Shown here piece by piece: positions 1-11,139 of a DNA stretch of 64,000 nt. The notes under the pieces were generated by a model that saw only the letters and a program-made list of their open reading frames with translations, made no database searches and had not been told where the DNA came from. This stretch comes from Mobula birostris (taxonomy: Eukaryota): contig NC_092384.1 of NCBI RefSeq assembly GCF_030028105.1, positions 17,677,629 to 17,741,628 of the forward strand, given 5' to 3'. Positions within the stretch are counted from its first letter, which is position 1; each line of letters begins with the position of its first letter. A program made the position numbers and the translations under genes.

Positions 1-63
1 TCTCCACCCTAAACAGCAAAAAGCATCGGCGCCCCACATCAAAAACAAATACTACTCCTTTAT

Positions 64-214
64 NNNNNNNNNNNNNNNNNNNNNNNNNNNNNNNNNNNNN
101 NNNNNNNNNNNNNNNNNNNNNNNNNNNNNNNNNNNNNNNNNNNNNNNNNNNNNNNNNNNNNNNNNNNNNNNNNNNNNNNNNNNNNNNNNNNNNNNNNNNN
201 NNNNNNNNNNNNNN
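64..214. other. Assembly gap (151 N)
   Basis: Run of n characters. Confidence 0.99.
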
Positions 215-2369
215 AATGGAATTCAGGTTTCCTGGACAAATAAATAGCTTCTGTAAAAATAAAGATTTGAAGTTTGGAAATAGTGATTTACAAACTAAAT
301 ACAACTATAGCCTTGTTAAAGTAAGTTGAATAATATTGATAGTTAAACATAAAGTAATCACAAACGTTGATGCAATATTCATATAAGTTATTTTTAGCTG
401 ATAAACCAAGCACATTTTATTGTATTTAACATACCGTAAAACAAAACAGATTATGTAATCATCTGTATAATAAAGAAGGTGCTTTTATTCATATACCTTT
501 AATCAATGTCATTCTGATACAGAATTTAGTAAAAACAAATGTTCTGTGAACGAAACTGTTCACAATTACATGGAAGCATTTCTGTTGATGTGTTGTTGTG
601 ATTTTACCTATTTGTAATTTCACCAAAATTGCAATCAGGGGCTCTGCAAAAATCTGTGGAGAACATGGTCGTAGTCTGATATTTAGTTCGGCACAACTTC
701 GTGGGCCTAAGGTCTTATACTGTGCTGTAGGATTTCAATGATTCTATGTTTATTCACAGATAAATATTCATGCAATACCACAGTAAGCAATATCACATTA
801 GTATCCAAAGATGTTAGTTCCAGAAGGTGTCATTGAAAAGAGTAATGGTTTGTAAAATACTGATTTTGAAGCAATATCAATGCTGTTGTGTAACAAGGAC
901 TTTTTACAAGGATATTATACCACACCAGTAACCACAACGCAGAGCAAAAGCCAAATGCAAACCCAAAACATGTTATGCAATTGTTTCTATTTTGTGAAAT
1001 ATCGTAATATAGCACAATTTTATTTCACCAGCATGACAATCTAAATAAATCATTATTAAGATCATTTGTATACATTGTATTTACATTGTAAGGATGTGCA
1101 CAGAACTTGAAATATTTAATATTGAAACATCTGATATTTCATTTGTTCTGGTTACGAAAGAGACGAGTGAACCTTCTTTCATCTACCTTTCAGGCGATGC
1201 AATCTAGTTCACAATAAGTTAGAAAACAATTATCCTATTATTATTTATGTGTCTGTTTCCAGACAGTAAAACTCCAGTTTAAATCGTCAATATATAGAGG
1301 GTATACTAATGGTCCCAGAATGAATCCTCTCGGACATCACCAACACCATTGTAAAAGTACCCTTCATCATATTTCGATATCTCTATTATAGCTCATACTA
1401 TGAAGATAATGTGATTAGGAATGTTAACTTAAATCTTTAGTTATATGCCACTATGTTTTCTGACTAGACAGATTCATAAATTAAATGTATATATTACACA
1501 ATGCATAATGATCAAACCACATTCCATTCCATTCCCTGAGTGCGCACTGGCAATATTTAAACCAAAGGGAACATCATCAACACTTAATCTTTTCCAGTAG
1601 ACAGTCAACATAAAAGCTTGAAAAACACTACCGACACAGAAACAGAAAATAGTGAAAATATTCAGCAGGTCAGGCACTACCCGTAAAGAGAATAAATGGA
1701 TTAGTTCCAGAACAATCATAATGTTTATGAAAATATAGATCTACCTGAGCATTAACTCTGCTTCTCTGCCGTAGATACTGCCTGACCCCTGCTATACACT
1801 TCCACCAATTTACTGATTTGTTTTACAGTGCTTCAACCCCAAAAGATTAAATATTAGCTTTCTTTGTCACATCTTCTTTGAAATTAGTAAAGTGTGTCAT
1901 TTGAGTCAAATCAATTCAGCGAACGTTCTGGTGGCTGCAGACTACAAGTGTCAGCATCCTTCCAGCCCCAACATTGCATGGCCACAATTTACTGCCCCTC
2001 ACCATACATCTGACAGGAATGTGGACAGAAACCAGATCACCCAAAGGACACCGACACATTCTCAGGGAGAAGGTGGTAGGAATCGAATCTGATTCGCTAT
2101 TACTGATGCTGTCAAACCAGCTAAAATATTACATTTTCGATCCCAACATCTGTATTTTTATGCTTTTCTAAAATACTTCAGGCGCTGGAAGCCTAAAACG
2201 AAGAATTGTGGAAGCACACAACAGGTTGGTAAACTGAACGGCAGTGTTAGTGATTCAGGTTGATAATCCTGACGGCCCCGTTTAATGATTCCACCGACAC
2301 TGGGTCTAATTTCAATTGCCATTTCTAGCTTATTCTCAGTGCTATCATTACAGTTTTGTTTTTAACTCC

Positions 2370-2880
2370 AGAGGCAACAGCTTCAAGTTCCCCCGTATAC
2401 ACATTACCGAGGATTTCATTTGGTCTGCACATTCCGGCTCTGCTGTTAAAAAGAAGCACAACAGTACCTCTTTCACCTCAGACGGTTGAAAACTTTGGCT
2501 GAGTCCCCAAATCTTAAGGACTTTCTACAGGGTCACAATTGAAAGTATCCTGGGTGGCTGCACCACCGCACAATACCGGAGCTGTACTTCCCTCAATCGC
2601 AGGGCTCTGCAAAGAGTGGTGCAGACAGTCCAACGCATCTGTGGCTGTGACCTTCCCAGTCTTCAGGACATCTTTCGCGAAAAGGGCCCGAAGTATCATT
2701 GGGAACCCACGTCATCCCAACCACAAGCTGTTCTAGCTGCTACCCTCCGGGAAGCAGTACCACAACATTAAAACCAATACCAACAGGCTCCGGGACAGCT
2801 ACTTCCACTAGGCTATCAGACCGATTAATTCACGCTATGTTAGCTGTTCCATTGGATATCTTACTGTACTTACATACTGA
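2370..2880 (+). mobile_element. 3' fragment of an L2/Rex1-Babar-group LINE
   Basis: Decayed C-terminal RT motifs (ITEDxxWS, KKAQQxLFHLRRLK, TIESIL, SYFHxAIRLIN). Confidence 0.65.
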
Positions 2881-3619
2881 AGGCACGGCGAGTTAAGATG
2901 GCGCTAAACGGCGAAATCTTTGCTTGCATCTTCTGAAACTGCTCCATTTCTATCTTTGATACCTCTTTTTTCTTCACCACCTCCCCCCCCCACCCCTTTT
3001 CTGAGTGTGCGGGTTTTTTTCAAGAAACAGATATGGAGTTACATTCTAACTTTGGTTCTTTCCGGAGAGCCTCACGACAGGCCGCTTTTTGATATCTCAA
3101 GGACGTTGCCTGGAAAACGAGCGTTCCTTCAGGGTTCCAGGATTTTGTGGGTCTGGGGATGTGATGATTCTAGGCCAGCGACCGTGACTGAAGCGTCACC
3201 GGAGAATACGGAACGTCGGAAACAGCGGTTAGCTGTCGGGGGTTGTGTGCCCGGAGAGTTGCGCCTTTTTTGTGCTGACTCTCCTGGAGCGGAGCTCGGA
3301 AAGAGCGACGCGAAGGACTTTTAACATCATAAATCAGCCAGTTGTTTGTTATGTCTCCCCTCTCGCTGTGAAACGTGACTACTTTTTTTTCCCTTATTGG
3401 GGGGAGACAGAGAGACGGCCTGTGGTGTGTCGAGTTATCGGGTGAACGAGTAGTTTTGCGGTACTGCGAATCTGTATCATTATTAATGCTTTGCTGTACA
3501 CTTGAGTGCTTGATGGAGGGTGATCACGATTTTTAATGGTTGGAGTTCAGGGGGGGTCATTGGTTTTCTGTTGCTTGTGTGTAGGAGGATGAGTTGTGGG
3601 GGCTTCCGGGTTCTAACGT

Positions 3620-4180
3620 TTTAACTGTCATTCATCCTTCGGGGCACTCCACAGTTCTCCTCGACGTCTGCAGAGCAAAAGAATATCAGGATCAATATAA
3701 TGGCCTTCTCTTCTGCCAGGATGAGTTCAATCTCAAGGTAGTGGACTAACATGTAATATTCGGTCTGCCTAGTCTGCAACATGATTCTATCAACATTGAT
3801 TTCTCCTTCCAGTAAAAACAAAACCTCCCTCTCACCTCTCCTCTGCTTCTATTCCCCACTCTGCCCTTTTACCTCTTCTCACCCGCCTATCACTCACCCT
3901 CCGCCCAACAGCCCGATTCACCTGCTCCCATTCCTCCTATGGGTCACTCTCCTCTCCTATTATATTCCATTTTCTCCAGCCCTTTACCTTTCTGAAGCAT
4001 TTGCTTTCTCCTAACACTTTGCGTTAGCCTTTTTCGCTTCCCGCACCTTTTTTTTGTGGCGTCTACCCCTTCCTTTATAGTCCTGAAGAAGGGTTTCATC
4101 AGGAAACATCCACTGTTGATTCATTCCCATATTTGCTACCAGATTTGCTGAGTTCGCTCAGCACTTTCTGTGTGTAACTC
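3620..4180 (+). mobile_element. Penelope-like element 3' fragment
   Basis: Pyrimidine-rich tract followed by CCTGAAGAAGGG...GAAAC terminal motif, shared with the GIY-YIG-bearing copy at 49.3-50.0 kb. Confidence 0.5.
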
Positions 4181-4389
4181 GGGAGACTGCTGTGCATGAA
4201 AGTCGCAGGAGATCAGCAGTTTCTTAGATACTCAAGCCAGCCATCTGGCATTAACAATCACTCCATGGTCAAAGTCAATGAAACCTCTTGACCATCTCCT
4301 CTACGCAGGCTCGAAGGGCTGAATCGCCTACTCCTGCACCTTTAATCTATATTTTTCTATGTTTTACACTCTTCAAGAAGGGTTAAAGG

Positions 4390-5660
4390 CAGAAGAAAAG
4401 AAATTATAGATTAATCAGTCCGGCGGCAGTGGTGGGGAAGTTATTGAACCCGATTGTTAAGGATGTGGTTTCGGTGTACTTGGAGACACATCATAAAATA
4501 GGCCATAGTTAGCATGGTTTCCTCAAAGGAAAATCTTTCCTGATGGATCTGGGGGAATTCTTTGAAACAATAACAAGCATGATAGACTAAAGAGTATTGG
4601 TTGATGTGTACTTGGATTTTGAGAAGGTGGCAAACATGAGGCTGCAGCCTACGAGACAATGGATTTACAAGAAAAAAATACGAGCATGGATAAGGCAGGG
4701 GCTGATTAGTCGAATGTAAATAGTTGGAATAAAGGAAGTATTTTCTGCTTGACAGCGGGTGCTTCACAGAGGTCTGTGTTGGGGCCGATTCTTTTTACAT
4801 TATATGTCAATGATTTGGATGATGCAATTGGTGGCTTTGTTGCAAATATTCCAGACGATACGAAGATAGGTGGAGAGCAGGTAGCTTTGAAGAAGTAGAG
4901 AGGCTATAGTAGGACTTCGTCAGATTTGGAGAATGGGCAAAGTAGTGGTGGATGGAAAGCAATGTCGGGAGGTGTATGGTTATTTCCAGGTTGACTTTGT
5001 GATGAAGAAGGCAAATGAGATTTTTGCATTCATTTCAAGAGGACTAGAATATAAATGCAAGAATGTAATGTTAGGAATTTATCAAGCACAGGTGAGGCCT
5101 CACTTAGCATATTGTGATCAATTTTGGATCCCTAATCTTGAAAAGGATGTGCTGAAACTGGAGCGGGTTCAATGGAGGTTCACGAAAGTGATTGCAGAGT
5201 TGAATGGCTTGTCATATGAAGAGCGTTTGGAAGCTCTCGTCCTGTATTCACTAGAATCCGGAGATTGAAGGGTGACTGAACTGAAACCTTTTGGATGGTG
5301 AAAGGCCTTGATAGTCTAGATGTGGAGAAAATGTTTCCCATGGTGGGAGTGTCTAAGACCAGAAGACACAACCTCAGAAATGATGAGCGTATTTTTGAAA
5401 GGAGATGATTGGGAATGTCTTCAGCCGGAGAATGGCGAACCTGTGGAATTTGTTGCCTCAGGCAGCTGTGGAGACGACGTCTTTATGTATGTTTAAGAGA
5501 GAAGTTGATAGATTCTTGGTTGGTCATCAAGATTGATTCTTTATTGGTCTTGATTGGGATACGAGGAAAGGCAGGAAATTGGGGCTGAGTGGAAAATTGG
5601 ATCACCCGTGATGAAATAGCGGAGCAGGTTCAACGGGCGAAATGGCCTAATTCTGCTCCT
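4390..5660 (+). mobile_element. Decayed CR1 LINE 3' part
   Basis: RT remnants (QVRPHLAYCDQFW, LERVQWRFTK) with stops and a CR1-type 3' end. Confidence 0.85.
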
Positions 5661-6056
5661 ATTTCTCATGGTCGTATGGTCCAATAATAGTACTAATGTT
5701 AGAGAAGTTGAAGTTTCGCATGTGATTGCAATCAAATTGATTGCCTAAAATCGTAACTCCTGACAGCTAACTAAAATCGCCAATTTACATCACAACGCTA
5801 AAATCTGCATCATCGCCCCGAACATCGACTTCTATCCAAATAACTCCCTCTGCATTATTAGTTTTTTTTTCATTTAGCGCTTTTTTTTAACTTGTTGGAA
5901 ATTTTGCTATGTAATACGCTACACACAAGTTCATATAGACTGTAAATAATGTAGAAGGAGTTCGTGGGAAAAATGCATTTCACATTTTGTTTCATGTTTG
6001 TACAGTTGTCCAGGTTCATTCAGTGCAGATCTTCCTTTCAATGTTTCCAGTCTAAT

Positions 6057-6344
6057 CTTGTTAGATAATACAGATGAGTCTGGCAGGAACGTTCACGATT
6101 CGTGAGATATCCGGTAAAAACAACTTTTCCCTGAGCAGGCTTTGCGTCTCCAGTGTGCTAGAAGCCTCATAAACTCCTTCTCATAAAAGTTCCGTTTATT
6201 ACGGCTTTTATCCTGGTTAGAATTTCTGTATTATTTTGTATCCAAAAGATTTCTGATTTATTTGGGTAAAAGGTTACAGTTTTACATTCCGGGAATTCGG
6301 TGAGGGCCCTTTATCACCAATGATTTTCAGCGGAGTTTGAGGAA
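6057..6344 (-). pseudogene. Paralogous C1 exon (copy 1), multiply frameshifted
   Basis: Starts PQTPLKIIG (identical CTCCGCTGAAAATCATT to copy 2); FYPNKSEIFW and GVYEASSTLE appear in shifting frames with stops; donor GT mutated to AT. Flanking introns resemble copy 2. Confidence 0.85.
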
Positions 6345-6434
6345 CTGCAACATAATAAAACACCAGATTGAATATTCAGCTATTATTTCAACGCATGTGT
6401 TCTCTGTCGAACAGTGGTATGCTGCCACTCCCAA

Positions 6435-7610
6435 TCTATATACTACTAAGACTCCCATGCTCTGTTTGTCTGTTTGTGACCTCCAATTAGCGCAAACGTT
6501 ACATTACATCGGCACTATTTTTGGCTAAATCGACTTAAATGCGCCATCTTACAGAATGCAGGCAAAGTTCAGGGTTATATATTCGTATAGAATGCTCACT
6601 TGTCAAAATCAACAGCCCCGCTTTCACCCGACAGCCGATGTCAGCCATGACGGAAACCGCGACGCGACACCACGACGCATGCGCACGGCCAGCCTTAGCA
6701 GCAACTCACGGTGCTCACAGCAGCGACACCGACCGGAGCAAAAGGACAAGGCAGCTCTATCTCCAGCGGTCACATTCTGCTAATCACCACCAGCATGGGC
6801 AGGATTGGGACAGATCAAACTAAATGAGATCAATAAGGGATAATTAAATTTATTGTAATGACGTACTTCGAGACACCCATCAAACCCTTTGCTACAGTCA
6901 AAGGACAGCAGTGACTATAACACGTCCATTTAGGAGAGCGCCAACCACATCACAAGAAAAATCTGCATCCTGGAGGCTTTGGTGTTACTGCTTCGTGTCT
7001 TCTATTCAGCATTAGGGTAAAAAAAAATATGCCGGGCGGAAAGAGAAGGGGGACATTATGGTTAAGAGATGACGCCAAACGTCGTCGGGAAGGGGCAAGG
7101 AGAGGAACAGAACGAGAATCGGATGAGGCCAGGGCAGTACGACTCTAATTTCAAAGAGTCAGGATAAAAAAGATGAGAGAATAAGAGACAGAAGAGGAGA
7201 GGCATGCACGTCTCCAAAATGACAACAACTGGCATAGAAGGAGGAGAGAGGAAGAGACAAAGAAGCTGAGAAATGCATGTCTCCAGATTCAGAGACAAAG
7301 AACAAACAGCAGAAAAGATGACGAGACGGGGGATGAAAGCACTGCACGTCTACAGAATGACAACGAGAGGCACAAGGGTGGCAGATCAACCAGAAATAAT
7401 GCCATCAAAAGCGTCCTTCGTTAACAGAGGCGGAGCTATATTTGCCTTGCTAAGCGTCGTTCTTCTTTAATAAACTGAGGTTTTCTTCTTCAATTTCCAA
7501 AGCAAAGCGATACCAATAGCATTCAGGAAAATTTAATGTTTATTCTGGTCACATCAGATTGCACTACCCTTCTCTCAAGCGGTGCCTCAATGGGTCGCCC
7601 CGTTGTCTAG
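6435..7610 (+). mobile_element. Non-autonomous Helitron (1176 bp)
   Basis: 5' TC, 3' CTAG preceded by hairpin CAATGGG-TCGC-CCCGTTG, inserted between A and T with no TSD; empty site visible in paralog at 36106/36107; decayed ETEEERHARL-type repeats. Confidence 0.85.
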
Positions 7611-7929
7611 TTGCTATTATTGCTGTTTCAAAACCACTGAGATTGTCATTTAATACTTTGTTTCACGGGGCAAGTAAATATGACCCAGCCAATCACAAGG
7701 CAAAACACAAACAAGGAAAAACTTAGTGCTGACTATAGGCGAGGAACGCGGGACTACTTGGAATGGACGAAGCAGATTTAGCGCGTGTTGACAGTAGCCC
7801 TTTATGTCTCCTTGCAACCGGCCATTTTTTCCACTCCTCTGCCCTTTCAGAGGTTCATTTTGTAATGACGCAAAATGAGTGGCAGTGACTGGAGTTGAGG
7901 AGCAAAGTTTCACACAGTGTTCCATCTCC

Positions 7930-8830
7930 GCCAGTTAGACCTCGGTGTTCCCAGTTGAGTTTCCCTGAAAGAAGTATCCGAAGTTTGTATTGAGGTCAAT
8001 TCAGGTAATTTGGAATTTGAGAAGACCTACGGATTGGTCCAAGATCGTTTCCGTTGGACACGAGTGAAGCCTGAATTTGAAAAATACCTTATGTCGTGCA
8101 TCCAATATATTTGGAGGAAGAAGCTGCCGACTAGAGTGTCTATCAGACGCTGCCACTATCCCATTTACAAAGAACAGAACGACTTAATTTAGGATGTATG
8201 TAATTTCTTCCATAGAGCTTAATTCCAGTAACACTGCGAATGTCTTGGTCATCACTGACTAATACACCAGATATGCTCAAAGATTCTCCAATAAGGATCA
8301 GAGCATACCCATAGTTGCCAAAGTGTATGGGATAAATATATTATTCATTATGGATGCATAGTGACCAGGGAAGGGATTTTAAGAGTCGGACCATATATGA
8401 GTTACTCAGTATGCTTCGAGTTATGAAGTCAAAGACTACACATGTCACCCCCAAGGTGATCCTCAGCCTGAAATATTCAACAGACATTGCTAGACATGCT
8501 TGGGACTCTGGATGCCAATAGAAAGAGAAAGTGGGGCCAACATATTGGATATTTGATACACTGCTACAACTGGACACAAAATGAAAACAAAACTGGCTAC
8601 TCCCCATACTATTCGATATTCGGGCAAGAAACGAGGTTACCTATAGACGTTTGCTCTGGAACCTCCAGGTTGGGGGGGGGGAGAAGAACTTTCTGCAGAA
8701 AACGTATCTCAAGTATGTGTCTAACGTGAGGAAAGAAATGTAAAAATCCCGTGAGCTAGCAGCAGTTTTGGTTAGCAAGCAAAGGCGCGGAAACCAGAAG
8801 AGATGTGGTCAAGGATTCATGTTCTCTCAG
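7930..8830 (+). mobile_element. Gypsy-type integrase remnant
   Basis: GLVQDRFRW (zinc-binding region) and LDMLGTL...W..HIGYLIHCYN.T.NE.TGYSPY..IFGQE.RLPID core, broken by stops and frameshifts. Confidence 0.8.
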
Positions 8831-8918
8831 TTGATGCCTCGAGAAAGAGTTCTAATCATAAACTTGGTACTACAGCGGAAGCATATGTTTGCCAACCACT
8901 CGGTTTCTATGTCTTGCG

Positions 8919-11130
8919 TGTCATGGTCCGGTCCGTAAAGTCCACATTCCGGTTCAGGGTCCGGTCCGTCGATCCATATTCCAGGTTTTCCAGGATTCCC
9001 TTGTCCTGTTGTGTTTCCAGTTTTCCCTTAATTGAGGCACATGATTCTCATTTTGATCTGGCTACATAAATAGCTCCTGGGTTCATTTCCTGGACTGTTC
9101 CCTTCCGTTCCCTTCACTTTCCTCTTCCTCCTGAAGTCTTGACTGCAAACTTCGTCTGAAGCCTTTTCTTGCAATCATGCCTGCAAACTTTGCCTGAAGC
9201 CTTGCATGCGTCCTCGCCTGTATCGCTTTCAAGCTCTACCGCCGGAGCAGGACCAGAGTTTTGTTGTGTCTTCATAAGGAACTGTCTATCGTTGTTTGGA
9301 ACTGTCTCTGTGTCCATGCCTTCAATAGGTAGGTCCGGCCACTTGCCGCTACCTTGTGTTGGGAACCTTCTTGTCGTATTCAGCATTCTGTGTATGAGCG
9401 CTAGGTGCTGTTCCCAAGGAGTGGTCCCGGCTCTGTCTTCTGTGTATGAGTCCTGGCTCTACGCCCTGTTCCCAAGGAGATGCCCCGGCTCATGTTCCAC
9501 GTTCCTGTCTCTCAATTCCAAGGCTCCGTGTTCTAGACCAAGGCTGCGAGCTTCTAGTCCTCGTCCAAGGCTACGAGCGCCCAGTCCTCGTCCTAGGCTC
9601 TCGGGTTCCTGTCTCCCAAGACCACGGTTCTGTGCTTCCTGTTCTTCCAAACCCAAGTCAGGGCTTCGGGGTGTCGTCCTGTCCTTGTGCCTCGCCCAGC
9701 CCAGGAGTACCTCGCCCTGTCCAGGAAAGCCTCTAAGAATCCAAGCCTCGTCCAGTCCTGTAGCCACGTCATGCCTTCGCCTAGTTCTGGAGTCTGAGCC
9801 CGAGTCAGGACCCAGGTTTTGGGTCCTTGTCCTGTCTATGGCTCGCAGTCCATACCCAAGCCTCGAAGAACCCAAGCCTCGTCATGTCCTCGTCTAGTTC
9901 CGAGGTCCGAACCGATTCAAGACCCAGGTCCTGGGTCCTTGTCAAGTCTCTGGCTCAGAGTCCAAGCCCAGGCTCCTGGTTCCAAGTTCCTTGTCCTGGT
10001 CCCACTTTCCTAGCCAAAGTCCTAGCCCAAGTCTATGTTTTTGTCCCAGTTCCTAGTCTGTGTCCTGTCATGTCTCTAACTCTAGTCCTAGTCCTGTTAC
10101 TATTACTTCAGAGACTGTGTCTTCCATTTGGGTCCGCTCCCAATGCCCCGTTATGACAGAATAGCCCAGTCATACATATATCCAGCGACATAGGCACTGT
10201 CGTGTTACTGTCGCCATCCTGGGTTCTCTCCTGTCGTAAGACCCCCCCGCCCCGCCCGCCCGTGTCGTCCATAGCCTTTTCGGTCGCCAAGAGCCTCCCA
10301 TTGAGGAGAGGTGGTACTGTCATGGTCCGGTCTTTGAAGTCCGTTTTCCGGTTCAAGGTCCGGTTCATCGATCCGTATGCAAGGTTTTCTGGTTTTCCCT
10401 TGTCCTTTTGTGCGCCTTAATTGAGACATATTATTCTCATTTTGGGATGGCTACATAAATAGCTCCTGGGTTCAGCTTCACTTGCTGGACTTTTCCCTTC
10501 CTTTCCCTTCACACTCCTCTTCCTCCTGAAGCCTTGCCTGAAGCCTTTGCCTGCAACTTTGCCTGCAACCTTTGCCTGAAGCCTTGCCCTCGTCATCGCC
10601 TGTATCGCTGTCAAGTTCTACAGACGGAGTAAGACCGAAGCCTTGCTGTGTCTTGATAAGGAACTCTCTATCGTTGTTTGGAACTGTATGTTTGTGTCCT
10701 GCCCTTCGCTAGGTAGTTCCGACCGTTTGCTGCTACCTTGAGTTGGGAACCGTCTCTGTGTCCACGTCTACGCTAGGTAGGTCTGGCCGTTTGCCACTAC
10801 ATTGTGTTGCGAACCGTCTCTTCGTGTTCAGCACTCTGTTTATGAGTCCCGGCCCTACGTCCTGTTCCCAAGGAGGGGTCCCGGCTCTGTGTTCCATGTT
10901 CCTGTCTCTCAAGTCCAAGGCTCCGTGTTCCCGTGCTCTCGACCTTGGCTCCAAGCGTCCAGTCCTCGTTCAAGGCTCCGAGATTCCTGTCTCCCAAGAC
11001 AATGGCTCTGTGTTTCCTGTTCTCCAAGGACCACGTCAAGGCTTCGCGGTCCCATCCTGTCTTTGTGCCTCGCCCAGCCCAGGAAAACCTCGAAGAATTC
11101 AAGTCTCATCCAGTCCTGTAGTCACGTCTT
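8919..11130 (+). mobile_element. Non-autonomous LTR element: LTR1 8919-10158, 159-bp internal region, LTR2 from 10318 truncated by CR1
   Basis: LTR1 runs TGTCATGG...TTATGACA; a second copy restarts TGTCATGGTCCGG at 10318 after purine tract GAGGAGAGGTGGTAC. Confidence 0.75.
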
Positions 11131-11139
11131 TTTTTCCAG

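Noticed and set aside
9169-9897. 242-aa and overlapping ORFs as host genes
   Set aside because: They lie in the repetitive GC-rich LTR, are low complexity, are open in several frames and carry no domain motif.
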